From an uncultured delta proteobacterium (lineage in GTDB: Bacteria > Desulfobacterota > WTBG01 > CAIYCZ01): 24,735 nucleotides of DNA. The DNA is taken from positions 1 through 24,735 of the forward strand of contig CAIYCZ010000015.1 in NCBI GenBank assembly GCA_903924805.1, given 5' to 3'. Of the stretch, positions 1 to 8,000 are shown in pieces. Below the pieces are notes generated by a model. The model was not told the DNA's origin. It was given only the letters and a program-made list of their open reading frames with translations, and searched no databases. Numbering within the stretch: position 1 is the stretch's first letter; each line of letters opens with the position of its first letter. The translations under genes were made by a program, and so were the position numbers.

Positions 1-2
1 CG

Positions 3-914
3 GTTCTCATCACCGGTGAGCACGGTACCGGGAAAGAGTTTCTGGCAAAAAGTATTCATTATCTGAACTCTTCACTGCAACACCCCTTTTTCCTGATAAA
101 CTGCATTAATCTTCCCTTTGAACATTTTGAAAAAAAACTGGAGCAGTATCTTTCAGTAGTTTCAACGCCTGCGGACGGAACATCACCTGAAGCTAAATAC
201 CAGAAAAAGGGTGGCACCATCTTTATCCGCGATGTTGGCAAACTGGAAACGCAAACACAGAGCAAAGTCTTTAACCTGCTCAAGGAAACCTGCTTTAAAT
301 CAGCACGCTCATCAGGTTCTGCACCTTTTCCCACACATCTTGTTTTTTCCTACAGCCAGAATGGGGGAAAAGCAGATGAGAGCATGGCTTTCAAAGAATC
401 ACTCCACAGAATATTCCATCAGGATACCCTCAGTCTCATTCCGTTACGGGAGCGTCCGGAAGACATTCAACCGCTTGCTTCCTTCTTTGTTGACCGGTAC
501 AGCAAAGAATACGGAAAGGAAATCGGCGGTATTCACAGCGAGGCGATCGGCATCCTGAAATCCTATTCATGGCCGTTTAATGTGAGCGAGCTGAAAAATG
601 TCATAGAAAACGCTGTGCTTCTTGCCCAGGGCCCGCTTATTACCAGAGATGATATCCGCTTTAATATCTCTAAAAAATCAATTACGCTGGAAAGCTTTTT
701 TTGCCGGGAAGATTATTTTACGCTGGAGGAGATAGAACGGATCTATCTCCATACCGTATTACGAAGGGTAAAAAATAATAAAAGCAAGGCAGCAATAATT
801 CTGGGGATTACCCGGAATACACTGCAGAAACGGATCGAATCCTTTGCCAAACCGGCAGCAAAAAAGACGGCAAAGAAAAATTCACGGCAGCAAAAACTGC
901 CGTTTGCACCCTAA
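3..914 (+). CDS. NtrC/Fis-family AAA+ transcriptional regulator with degenerate sigma54-interaction domain and C-terminal Fis-type HTH (5' partial)
   Basis: Frame 3 is open from nt 3 to TAA 912-914 and is continuous with track ORF 384..914. It shows Walker A GEHGTGKE (15-38), LRERPEDI, YSWPFNVSELKNVIE, and the HTH region NNKSKAAIILGITRNTLQKRI. The start lies left of the window. Confidence 0.88.
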   Translation, partial: VLITGEHGTGKEFLAKSIHYLNSSLQHPFFLINCINLPFEHFEKKLEQYLSVVSTPADGTSPEAKYQKKGGTIFIRDVGKLETQTQSKVFNLLKETCFKSARSSGSAPFPTHLVFSYSQNGGKADESMAFKESLHRIFHQDTLSLIPLRERPEDIQPLASFFVDRYSKEYGKEIGGIHSEAIGILKSYSWPFNVSELKNVIENAVLLAQGPLITRDDIRFNISKKSITLESFFCREDYFTLEEIERIYLHTVLRRVKNNKSKAAIILGITRNTLQKRIESFAKPAAKKTAKKNSRQQKLPFAP

Positions 915-2635
915 GCACTCTGCAGAGCTCTTTGATACTCATTCCAGAGTGCCTTCTTATCTAACCCGTGGTCGATAAAATCCCAGGGAAGTATCTCTTC
1001 AAAGCTTCGTGTTCTATATATATAAAAATCAGGGTTGAGCGCCACGTCTTTGAACGCCCTCATCCAGTCACCCTCCGCTTCCATTGCCTTTAGAAGAAAT
1101 ATGCTTGAACGCCGGTCACCCCTGCTCAGGAGTGTCTGAACATAGCTCCACTTGGGAAGGTCATGGGTTACCACAATTTTCCTCTCCTTCTTAAGCCCCT
1201 TGTCGACAATACGCAGCCTCTTTTTCAGCTCTTTCATCTCCGCAAACGGATGCCACTGAAACGGGGTGCAGGGCTTTGGCACAAACGCGCTGATGCTGAG
1301 CGTTATCTGGTTCAACCACTTCTCTCCTCTGGCCTCCTTGAAATACGCGTGCCTGATACGCCGCGCAAGGTCCACAATTGCTTCCATGTCAGCTTCATCC
1401 TCAGTGGGGAGCCCCACGAGAAAATAGAGTTTGAACTGTGGAATCCTGTGCCGCGCAAGGAGCGCAACCGTTGCAAAAATCTCATCATCAGTCAGGTCTT
1501 TTGCAATGGCCGCGCGCAATCGTTCTGAGCCCGTCTCCGGTGCTATGGAAAACGTCATGTGACCGCTTTTTTTAAGCAACCTGACGATTTCTTCTGTCAG
1601 AGCGTCTGCCCGAAGCGACGAAATGGAAACATCTCCACCGCTGTCAGCAACATGTTTAATCAGTCCTTCGAGGTCCGGATGGTCGCCTGCTGCTGCCCCC
1701 AATAGACCGATCTTTTGCTGGCGCTGCAGCGCGGGGAGCATTTCCTGAAGCAGCTTTTCACGGGTTCTGATGCGATAGGGATGGTAGACATGCCCGGCAG
1801 CACAGAACCGGCATCGCCTCGGACAGCCCCTGCTTAATTCCACAAGCGACATCTCGCCAAATTCGGTAGACGGCGTCGTCAGGCTGGAACATCCTGAAAA
1901 ACAGTTGAGGTCCTTAATCCACTGCCTCTTTACGGTGCGGGGAAAACCCGCCCGGGGACGGAATGCTTTGATGGTTCCATCAACATGATAGGTCACGCTG
2001 TAGGCAGCGGGGACATATATCCCATCGATTCTTGAAAACTCCTCCAGCGCAGGTTTTGGCCACCGCGTGCCAATGCGCTGCGTGCGGAAAACATCGAGCA
2101 CGTCTTTGATTATCTCTTCCCCTTCTCCTATAACAAACAGATCGAATATATCCGCCAGCGGCTCCGGGTTTAAAGAAACAGCAACACCGCCACCGATAAT
2201 GATGGGATCGTGACCGGTGCGTTCCTTGTGCAGCGGTGCAATACGTGCCAGCCTGAGCATGGTGAGGATATTGAGATAATCATTTTCAAAGGAGAGCGAA
2301 AAGGCAATGATGTGAAAGGTGGCAAGGGGTTGGCTGGATTCAAGGGAGCAGAGTGGTCTGCCTGATTGCTGCAGGTGTCTCGCGGTTTTTCCATCAGGGA
2401 GGAACACCCGCTCACAGACAACATCATCTGCGCTGTTGAACAGGCGGTAGATTATCTGGAAGCCAAGGTTTGACATTCCCACATAGTAGGTATTGGGAAA
2501 TGCCAGTGCAACCGTAAGCCTTCCTTCACGAGATTTGCTGACAGCGCCGGTTTCTTGTGCTAATCGAGTATGCGACTTTTTCAATGAGTTAGTATAAAGG
2601 CTCCCTGCTGTATGGCATACAGCGCCGATGAGCAC
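911..2635 (-). CDS. Radical SAM protein, uncharacterised family with B12-binding-like N-terminal domain (TIGR03960-like)
   Basis: CxxxCxxC motif SRGCPRRCRFC; N-terminal FPNTYYVGMSNLG; SISSLRAD; IAPETGSERLR; C-terminal LPWDFIDHG. Start is uncertain: GTG 2635 or TTG 2584. Confidence 0.85.
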   Translation of the reverse strand: MLIGAVCHTAGSLYTNSLKKSHTRLAQETGAVSKSREGRLTVALAFPNTYYVGMSNLGFQIIYRLFNSADDVVCERVFLPDGKTARHLQQSGRPLCSLESSQPLATFHIIAFSLSFENDYLNILTMLRLARIAPLHKERTGHDPIIIGGGVAVSLNPEPLADIFDLFVIGEGEEIIKDVLDVFRTQRIGTRWPKPALEEFSRIDGIYVPAAYSVTYHVDGTIKAFRPRAGFPRTVKRQWIKDLNCFSGCSSLTTPSTEFGEMSLVELSRGCPRRCRFCAAGHVYHPYRIRTREKLLQEMLPALQRQQKIGLLGAAAGDHPDLEGLIKHVADSGGDVSISSLRADALTEEIVRLLKKSGHMTFSIAPETGSERLRAAIAKDLTDDEIFATVALLARHRIPQFKLYFLVGLPTEDEADMEAIVDLARRIRHAYFKEARGEKWLNQITLSISAFVPKPCTPFQWHPFAEMKELKKRLRIVDKGLKKERKIVVTHDLPKWSYVQTLLSRGDRRSSIFLLKAMEAEGDWMRAFKDVALNPDFYIYRTRSFEEILPWDFIDHGLDKKALWNEYQRALQSA

Positions 2636-2641
2636 TGACCG

Positions 2642-3814
2642 TTATTTATACTCTGCCTGATTGCGGATAAACGTTGGAATATCATACATGCCGTCATCTG
2701 CAAATTCACTTATAATGGTTCCCAGTTTGATTACCTTTGCTTCTCTGGGTGCCCCTCCATTACCATCTCCTCCCGCGTTTATTGCCAGATCGTCTCTGCG
2801 CAGCCTGCTGGAAACATAATCTGCGCTGAACTGTTCCTTCAGAATTTCGGAGGTACGGTCAAAGCCGGTTGCAATAACCGTTATCTGCACCCTGTCGCCC
2901 AGGGAGTCATCAATAACAGCACCGAATATAATGTTTGAATCTTCATCATCATGGACTTCCTGCTGGATAAGGGAGATAGCTTCATCAACCTCATGGAGAG
3001 ACAGGGTGTTGCTGCCGGCAATATTGATGAGCAATCCCCGTGCTCCGTTGATTGAGACATCTTCCAGCAGCGGGCTTGAGATGGCTCTTTTTGCCGCTTC
3101 TTTGGCCCGGTCTTCCCCGTTGCCGACACCGATCCCCATAAAGGCCATGCCCCGCTCGGACATGATTGCCTTCACATCGGCAAAATCAAGGTTAATCAGC
3201 CCCGGAACAGTGATAAGATCGGAAATGGACTTGAGGGCATGCAGGAGCACTTCATCCGCCATTTTAAAGCTCTCCACAAAACTGGTCTGGCGTTCCACGA
3301 TACTGACAAGGCGCTGATTTGGGATGGCAATGAGCGAGTCAACCTTCTCGGCAAGCTCTTTCAACCCTTCTTCAGCTATTCGTTTCCGTCTCTTTCCTTC
3401 AAAATTAAACGGCTTCGTCACAATAGCAACGGTGAGCGCTCCCAGGGCTCGCGCTGCCTCAGCTATCACCGGCGCACCGCCGGTGCCGGTGCCGCCTCCC
3501 AGGCCTGCAGCAATAAATACCATGTCTGCCCCTTCCAGGCTCTCCCGGATTTTTTCAATATCCTCCAGTGCCGCGTTTTTTCCGATGATCGGGTCTGCAC
3601 CGGCACCAAGTCCTTTGGTGAGGTTTTCTCCCAACTGCATCTTTATCGTTGCCTTGCTGTATTTCAATGCCTGCAGATCGGTGTTTGCCGTTATGAATTC
3701 AACACCTTCAAGATTTGCATTGATCATGGTGTTGACCGCATTGCAGCCCCCCCCGCCAACACCTATGACCTTAAGGCGGGCAACTTGATTTGGTTTTTCT
3801 GCAAATTCAAACAT
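2642..3814 (-). CDS. ftsZ: Cell division GTPase FtsZ
   Basis: VGGGGCNAV, tubulin signature GGGTGTG, INLDFADV, C-terminal core DIPTFIR; GGGGG RBS upstream. Confidence 0.99.
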   Translation of the reverse strand: MFEFAEKPNQVARLKVIGVGGGGCNAVNTMINANLEGVEFITANTDLQALKYSKATIKMQLGENLTKGLGAGADPIIGKNAALEDIEKIRESLEGADMVFIAAGLGGGTGTGGAPVIAEAARALGALTVAIVTKPFNFEGKRRKRIAEEGLKELAEKVDSLIAIPNQRLVSIVERQTSFVESFKMADEVLLHALKSISDLITVPGLINLDFADVKAIMSERGMAFMGIGVGNGEDRAKEAAKRAISSPLLEDVSINGARGLLINIAGSNTLSLHEVDEAISLIQQEVHDDEDSNIIFGAVIDDSLGDRVQITVIATGFDRTSEILKEQFSADYVSSRLRRDDLAINAGGDGNGGAPREAKVIKLGTIISEFADDGMYDIPTFIRNQAEYK

Positions 3815-3858
3815 ATGTGACCCCCTTTTCTTGTTTTTTATTGTTTATTAATTAACCG

Positions 3859-5085
3859 TTATATGACCTCTTCAAACCATTTTTTAATCTTCTCGCCGAA
3901 TTTGCTGAAAATTTTTCCACCGCCATTTCCATTAAAACCATTCGGTTTTTCCCGGCTGCCAAAAAGAACCAGTCCCACCCCGGTTGAATAGACGGGATTT
4001 TGGATAACCTCGGTTAACCCGTCAACGCCCTGAGGATACCCGATACGCACCGGTATGTGCAGTATCTGCTCACCCAGTTCTGGAATTCCCTTGAGGAGGG
4101 CTGTCCCTCCGGTAAGAACCGCCCCTGCAGCAAGAAACTCCCGGTAGCCGGATTTTAAAAGCTCCTTCTGGATAAGATTCAGCATCTCCTCAACCCGGGG
4201 CTGAATAATCTGGCAGAGCATTTTTCTGGAAATGGGACGCGGCCTGTTTTCACCGATGCTTGGCACCTCTATGTGTTCCTTGGAGTCGACCAGAGAGGCA
4301 AACGCACATCCATGGCTCTTTTTTATTTCCTCTGCGCAAGACAGCGGTGTGCGGATACCGATAGCGATATCTGAGGTTATTTGATCTCCTCCCAGCGCCA
4401 GAACTGCCGTGTAGCGTATGCTGCCTTTGCTGAATACAGCAATATCAGTAGTGCCTCCACCAATATCAATGAGCACTACGCCCAGTTCCTTTTCATCGTC
4501 AGTGAGCACGGATTCTCCGGAAGCAAGCTGCTGGAGCACTATATCCTTGACATTCAGACCGGTCCGGTTGGTGCAGCGGATAATGTTCTGGGCTGATGTG
4601 ACAGAACCGGTAACAATATGAACCCGGGCCTCCAGTCTTCCGCCCGAGAGTCCCAGCGGATCTTTGATCCCGTCCTGATCGTCCACAACAAACTCCTGGG
4701 GCAGGATGTGGATCACCTCTCTATCCATGGGGATCACCACAGACTTGGCTGCATCCATTGCGCGGCGGACATCCCCTTTCTTGACTTCCTTGTCTTTAAT
4801 AGCAATGACCCCGTTGCTGTTGAACCCTTTTATATGGCTCCCGGCAATTCCGGTTACCACCGTACGGATATTAAAACCAACCCTGCCCTCAGCTTCTTCT
4901 ACCGCCTTCTTTATCGACTCCACGGTGCTGTCAATATTGATAATGCTGCCCTTTTTAATTCCCCGTGATGGCTGTAATCCGCAGCCAATGATTTTAATCC
5001 CGTCATGACTGACTTCACCGACCACGGTGCAGATCTTGGTGGTTCCTATATCCAGCCCTACTATGATATTAGGGTTTTTGCTCAT
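3859..5085 (-). CDS. ftsA: Cell division protein FtsA
   Basis: Actin-like ATPase motifs VGLDIGTTKI, DIGGGTT, GAVLTGG; C-terminal amphipathic helix KIKKWFEEVI; strong GGAGG RBS. Confidence 0.98.
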   Translation of the reverse strand: MSKNPNIIVGLDIGTTKICTVVGEVSHDGIKIIGCGLQPSRGIKKGSIINIDSTVESIKKAVEEAEGRVGFNIRTVVTGIAGSHIKGFNSNGVIAIKDKEVKKGDVRRAMDAAKSVVIPMDREVIHILPQEFVVDDQDGIKDPLGLSGGRLEARVHIVTGSVTSAQNIIRCTNRTGLNVKDIVLQQLASGESVLTDDEKELGVVLIDIGGGTTDIAVFSKGSIRYTAVLALGGDQITSDIAIGIRTPLSCAEEIKKSHGCAFASLVDSKEHIEVPSIGENRPRPISRKMLCQIIQPRVEEMLNLIQKELLKSGYREFLAAGAVLTGGTALLKGIPELGEQILHIPVRIGYPQGVDGLTEVIQNPVYSTGVGLVLFGSREKPNGFNGNGGGKIFSKFGEKIKKWFEEVI

Positions 5086-5155
5086 TGAGATCCCCTCCTG
5101 TATTTAATAAACGTACCCATTATGAGAGGTTATCCGGAACATACATTTTTGCCGC

Positions 5156-5164
5156 TTTATACCA
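5156..5164 (-). promoter_or_regulatory. Candidate extended -10 element (TG-G-TATAAA) of an internal ftsA-ftsZ promoter
   Basis: Minus strand reads TGGTATAAA about 70 nt upstream of the ftsA start, in an AT-rich 160-bp gap; no good -35. Confidence 0.35.
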
Positions 5165-5204
5165 CACATAGTATATTAATTACTACTAAATACTATATGT
5201 GGTA
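5160..5204. repeat. 15-bp inverted repeat (hairpin or operator) between ftsQ and ftsA
   Basis: TACCACACATAGTAT (5160-5174), 15-nt spacer, ATACTATATGTGGTA (5190-5204). The single mismatch becomes a U-G pair on the minus-strand transcript. Confidence 0.75.
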
Positions 5205-5245
5205 ATTTATTTTTTTAAAAAAAGCCCGCAAACTCCTGCCCGTTT

Positions 5246-6046
5246 CTATCCTTTCACGGTAATGTAGGCTTTCTGGGCAGATTTTAAATGTATGGTAGCA
5301 GGTGCCAGTCCCCGTTCTTTGAGGTCGTCAACTATCTTCCACAGGGATTTTATTTTTTCTTCAAAATCACCTTCCCCTACGTATACCTCCATTCTCTCCG
5401 GAGAGGTTATAATGGTAAGACCTGAGTTCTTATCCATTGCTATTTCAAGCACTGCTCCCCTGAACCGTTCTTCATGTTCGATCCGGTCAAGCAACCCCAG
5501 AGCAGTCCGGATAATCTGGAAGCAGCGGTCGCTGTCCCGGTAGAGATCTTCTTTCGTGAGACCGGTCAGCAGGGGGTAGCTGCACTCGCTGGTATCGGCC
5601 TTCTTGAAAATATCACCGTGCTCATCTACCAGATATAAATCTTCAAACTTAATGACCGCCCGCGGCTTGCGCTCCTCAAGATATATTTCAAGTGTCCCGG
5701 GGAGCCTTCTTTTAAGCACCGCCCGATAGATATAGGGATACTTTTCAAGCTGCGAGCTACTGTTGGCAAGGTTAAGGGACAGCAGATTCATTCCCTTGTT
5801 AATGCGTGCATAGGAGATAATCCCGTCAGGACTGGTGATATGACATCCAAAGATTTTTAATTCTTTCAGCTCAAAAAAACTGCTCTGTTTGAGATATTCG
5901 GCACCAGGTCCGAGCACTAGGACAAACAGGACGAGAGCGCACCCCCGCAGCACCCACGCTGAACTGTTCAGAGGATGTTCTGCCGCATGCCGCCGAGAGG
6001 GCCTGCCGCCGACCGCGCGCGTTTTTTTCAAGGCAAAAAATTTCAT
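5246..6046 (-). CDS. ftsQ: Cell division protein FtsQ/DivIB
   Basis: Basic N-tail, single TM (WVLRGCALVLFVLVLG), POTRA-like region (LKRRLPGTLEIYLEERKP, YLVDEHG), position between ddl and ftsA. Start refined to ATG 6046, which overlaps the ddl stop as ATGA. Confidence 0.9.
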   Translation of the reverse strand: MKFFALKKTRAVGGRPSRRHAAEHPLNSSAWVLRGCALVLFVLVLGPGAEYLKQSSFFELKELKIFGCHITSPDGIISYARINKGMNLLSLNLANSSSQLEKYPYIYRAVLKRRLPGTLEIYLEERKPRAVIKFEDLYLVDEHGDIFKKADTSECSYPLLTGLTKEDLYRDSDRCFQIIRTALGLLDRIEHEERFRGAVLEIAMDKNSGLTIITSPERMEVYVGEGDFEEKIKSLWKIVDDLKERGLAPATIHLKSAQKAYITVKG

Positions 6047-7065
6047 GGGCTCTTCTTTCCGGTACGTAAACCGGGGCACTTTTTATGCAAAGAGGCACCC
6101 CATAAGATTTTTTCTACCAGGTCTGGAAAATCGATTCCGGCCTCTTGCCCCGCCATAGGCAAGAGACTGGTCTCGGTCATTCCCGGAACGGTATTTATTT
6201 CAAGGATACACGGTCTCCCGTCCCGGCGTATCATAAAATCAACCCGAGCTGCGCCACTGCATCCCAGCACCTGAAAAGCTCTGACCGCAAGATCACGTGC
6301 TTCTCTTTCCTGCGCTTCAGATATCCGTGCAGGGATAATATATGCGGTCTGCCCCTTCGTGTATTTTGCGTGGTAGTCATAGAATCCGTTTTTTGGTGCA
6401 ATCTCAATCGGCGGCAGTGCCTGGCCATTTATAATGCCAACCGTTATTTCTGTCCCGGTAATAAATTCTTCCACAAGAATTTCCCGGTTATGGCGACGCG
6501 CGGTGTGCAGTGCGGGTAACAGATCATCCTGCTTCTCCACCACGCTCACTCCGATGGTAGAGCCTTCTTCAGACGGCTTGATGATGAGCGGAAAGGGAAT
6601 GGTAATCTGCGGAAGGATCCGCTCCGCTGACCCTTCCGCTATGACAAACGCCTGAAACGAAGGCGTGGGAAGTTTGTGATAGAAAAATATTTTTTTTGCT
6701 GCAACCTTATTCATGGCAAGAGCACTGGCAAGCACGCCCGAACCGGTATAGGGTATTCCCATGATCTCCAGAAGTCCCTGGATGGCTCCATCCTCCCCCA
6801 GCAGTCCGTGCAGGGCGATAAAACCCGCGTCAATGGCAGAGCGCCTGAGTGTCTCTGCAACCGAGCGGTCAACATCAATTGCCACGGCCTGATAGGTTCT
6901 GCCCTGGAGAGCCTGGAGAATGGCGTTTCCTGTTCTGAGCGATATCTCCCGCTCAGATGACATGCCACCCATGAGGACCCCGATCTTTTTCCCCCTGAAC
7001 TGCTCGCGCAGATATTCAGGGGGGTGTTCTGCGCGCTCATCACTATCCATAAAGCGTTTCACCAC
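6043..7065 (-). CDS. ddl: D-alanine--D-alanine ligase
   Basis: GGMSSEREISL, LHGLLGEDGAIQG, EGSTIG, FYDYHAKY (Tyr in omega loop, D-Ala-D-Ala type), LEINTVPGMT. Start could be 7065, 7062 or 7050. Confidence 0.97.
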   Translation of the reverse strand: MVKRFMDSDERAEHPPEYLREQFRGKKIGVLMGGMSSEREISLRTGNAILQALQGRTYQAVAIDVDRSVAETLRRSAIDAGFIALHGLLGEDGAIQGLLEIMGIPYTGSGVLASALAMNKVAAKKIFFYHKLPTPSFQAFVIAEGSAERILPQITIPFPLIIKPSEEGSTIGVSVVEKQDDLLPALHTARRHNREILVEEFITGTEITVGIINGQALPPIEIAPKNGFYDYHAKYTKGQTAYIIPARISEAQEREARDLAVRAFQVLGCSGAARVDFMIRRDGRPCILEINTVPGMTETSLLPMAGQEAGIDFPDLVEKILWGASLHKKCPGLRTGKKSP

Positions 7066-7067
7066 CG

Positions 7068-7988
7068 TTATGCTTCCCCGACGATACGGATTTCAGGTTC
7101 AAGGGTAATGCCCGTCAAATCCCGCACTTTCTGCACTGCCCTGTCCATAAGGTCTATGACATCCTGAGCAGTGGCCCCGCCCGCATTGATAAAAAAGTTT
7201 CCATGCTCAGGGGATATCTGTGCACCTCCCGTCCGCAGCCCCTTAAGACCTGCTTCTTCTATCAGGCGCCCTGCGCTGTGGCCCGGCGGGTTCTTGAAGA
7301 TAGAGCCTGCACTGGGATATTTTGGCAAATAATATTTTTTTCTCTGGCTCAGAATCTCATCCCTTCTCTGCTGGAGAACAGGACGGGTTTCGTGCCTGAG
7401 TTTGAGCAGAGCTTTAAGTATGATCGCTCCCGGCGGAAGATGCAGGTGCCGGTAGCAGAACGCAAGGTCATCCCGGAGCCTGCTGTGGACTGTTCCGTCA
7501 GGCAGCATATAGGTAAGCTCCTGCACAGCATCTTTTATCTCGCTGCCAAATGCCCCCGCATTCATCCTGAGTGCCCCGCCAAGAGACCCGGGAATGCCGC
7601 TCAGCGATTCAATGCCGGCGAGTTCCCGGGAGATAGAAAAGGTGATAAGCGACTCAAGATGCACTGCTGCACCTCCTGAAACAAGCACGGTTTCTTTTCC
7701 CCGCTCCAGCAGCTCGTTTTTTTTAAAGCCTTCCCCCAGACGTATCACCACACCGCGCACACCCTTGTCCGTCACCAGCAGGTTGGTTCCGTTGCCAATG
7801 ACCACCGGGCTGATATGATATTCCCCGAGCAGCTCAAGCACCTTCTTCAGGTCTTCCGGGTGTGCCGGCACGATCAGACAGTCTGCCGGTCCTCCGATAT
7901 TAAAGCTTGTCAGCGGCGCAAGGGGGACATTAAAACTGACCTTCCCCGCAACTTCCTGCCTGAGTCTCTGCCTGACCTGTTCATCCAT
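7068..7988 (-). CDS. murB: UDP-N-acetylenolpyruvoylglucosamine reductase
   Basis: GNGTNLL, GIPGSLGGALRMNAGA, SAGSIFKNP, HGNF, LEPEI. Confidence 0.98.
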   Translation of the reverse strand: MDEQVRQRLRQEVAGKVSFNVPLAPLTSFNIGGPADCLIVPAHPEDLKKVLELLGEYHISPVVIGNGTNLLVTDKGVRGVVIRLGEGFKKNELLERGKETVLVSGGAAVHLESLITFSISRELAGIESLSGIPGSLGGALRMNAGAFGSEIKDAVQELTYMLPDGTVHSRLRDDLAFCYRHLHLPPGAIILKALLKLRHETRPVLQQRRDEILSQRKKYYLPKYPSAGSIFKNPPGHSAGRLIEEAGLKGLRTGGAQISPEHGNFFINAGGATAQDVIDLMDRAVQKVRDLTGITLEPEIRIVGEA

Positions 7989-8000
7989 GGCAGTGCCCTT

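Noticed and set aside
211-558. Apparent frameshift splitting the regulator into 211..558 and 384..914
   Set aside because: Frame 3 is open continuously from nt 3 to 914, so the gene is only cut by the window edge.
2642-2760. FtsZ linker segment KVIKLGTIISEF before the C-terminal core
   Set aside because: The FtsZ linker is naturally variable, and I cannot show this segment is conserved or functional.
5209-5243. Possible intrinsic terminator after ftsQ (GC-rich stretch plus U7 on the minus strand)
   Set aside because: CGGGC occurs as a direct, not inverted, repeat; only a 4-bp stem forms.
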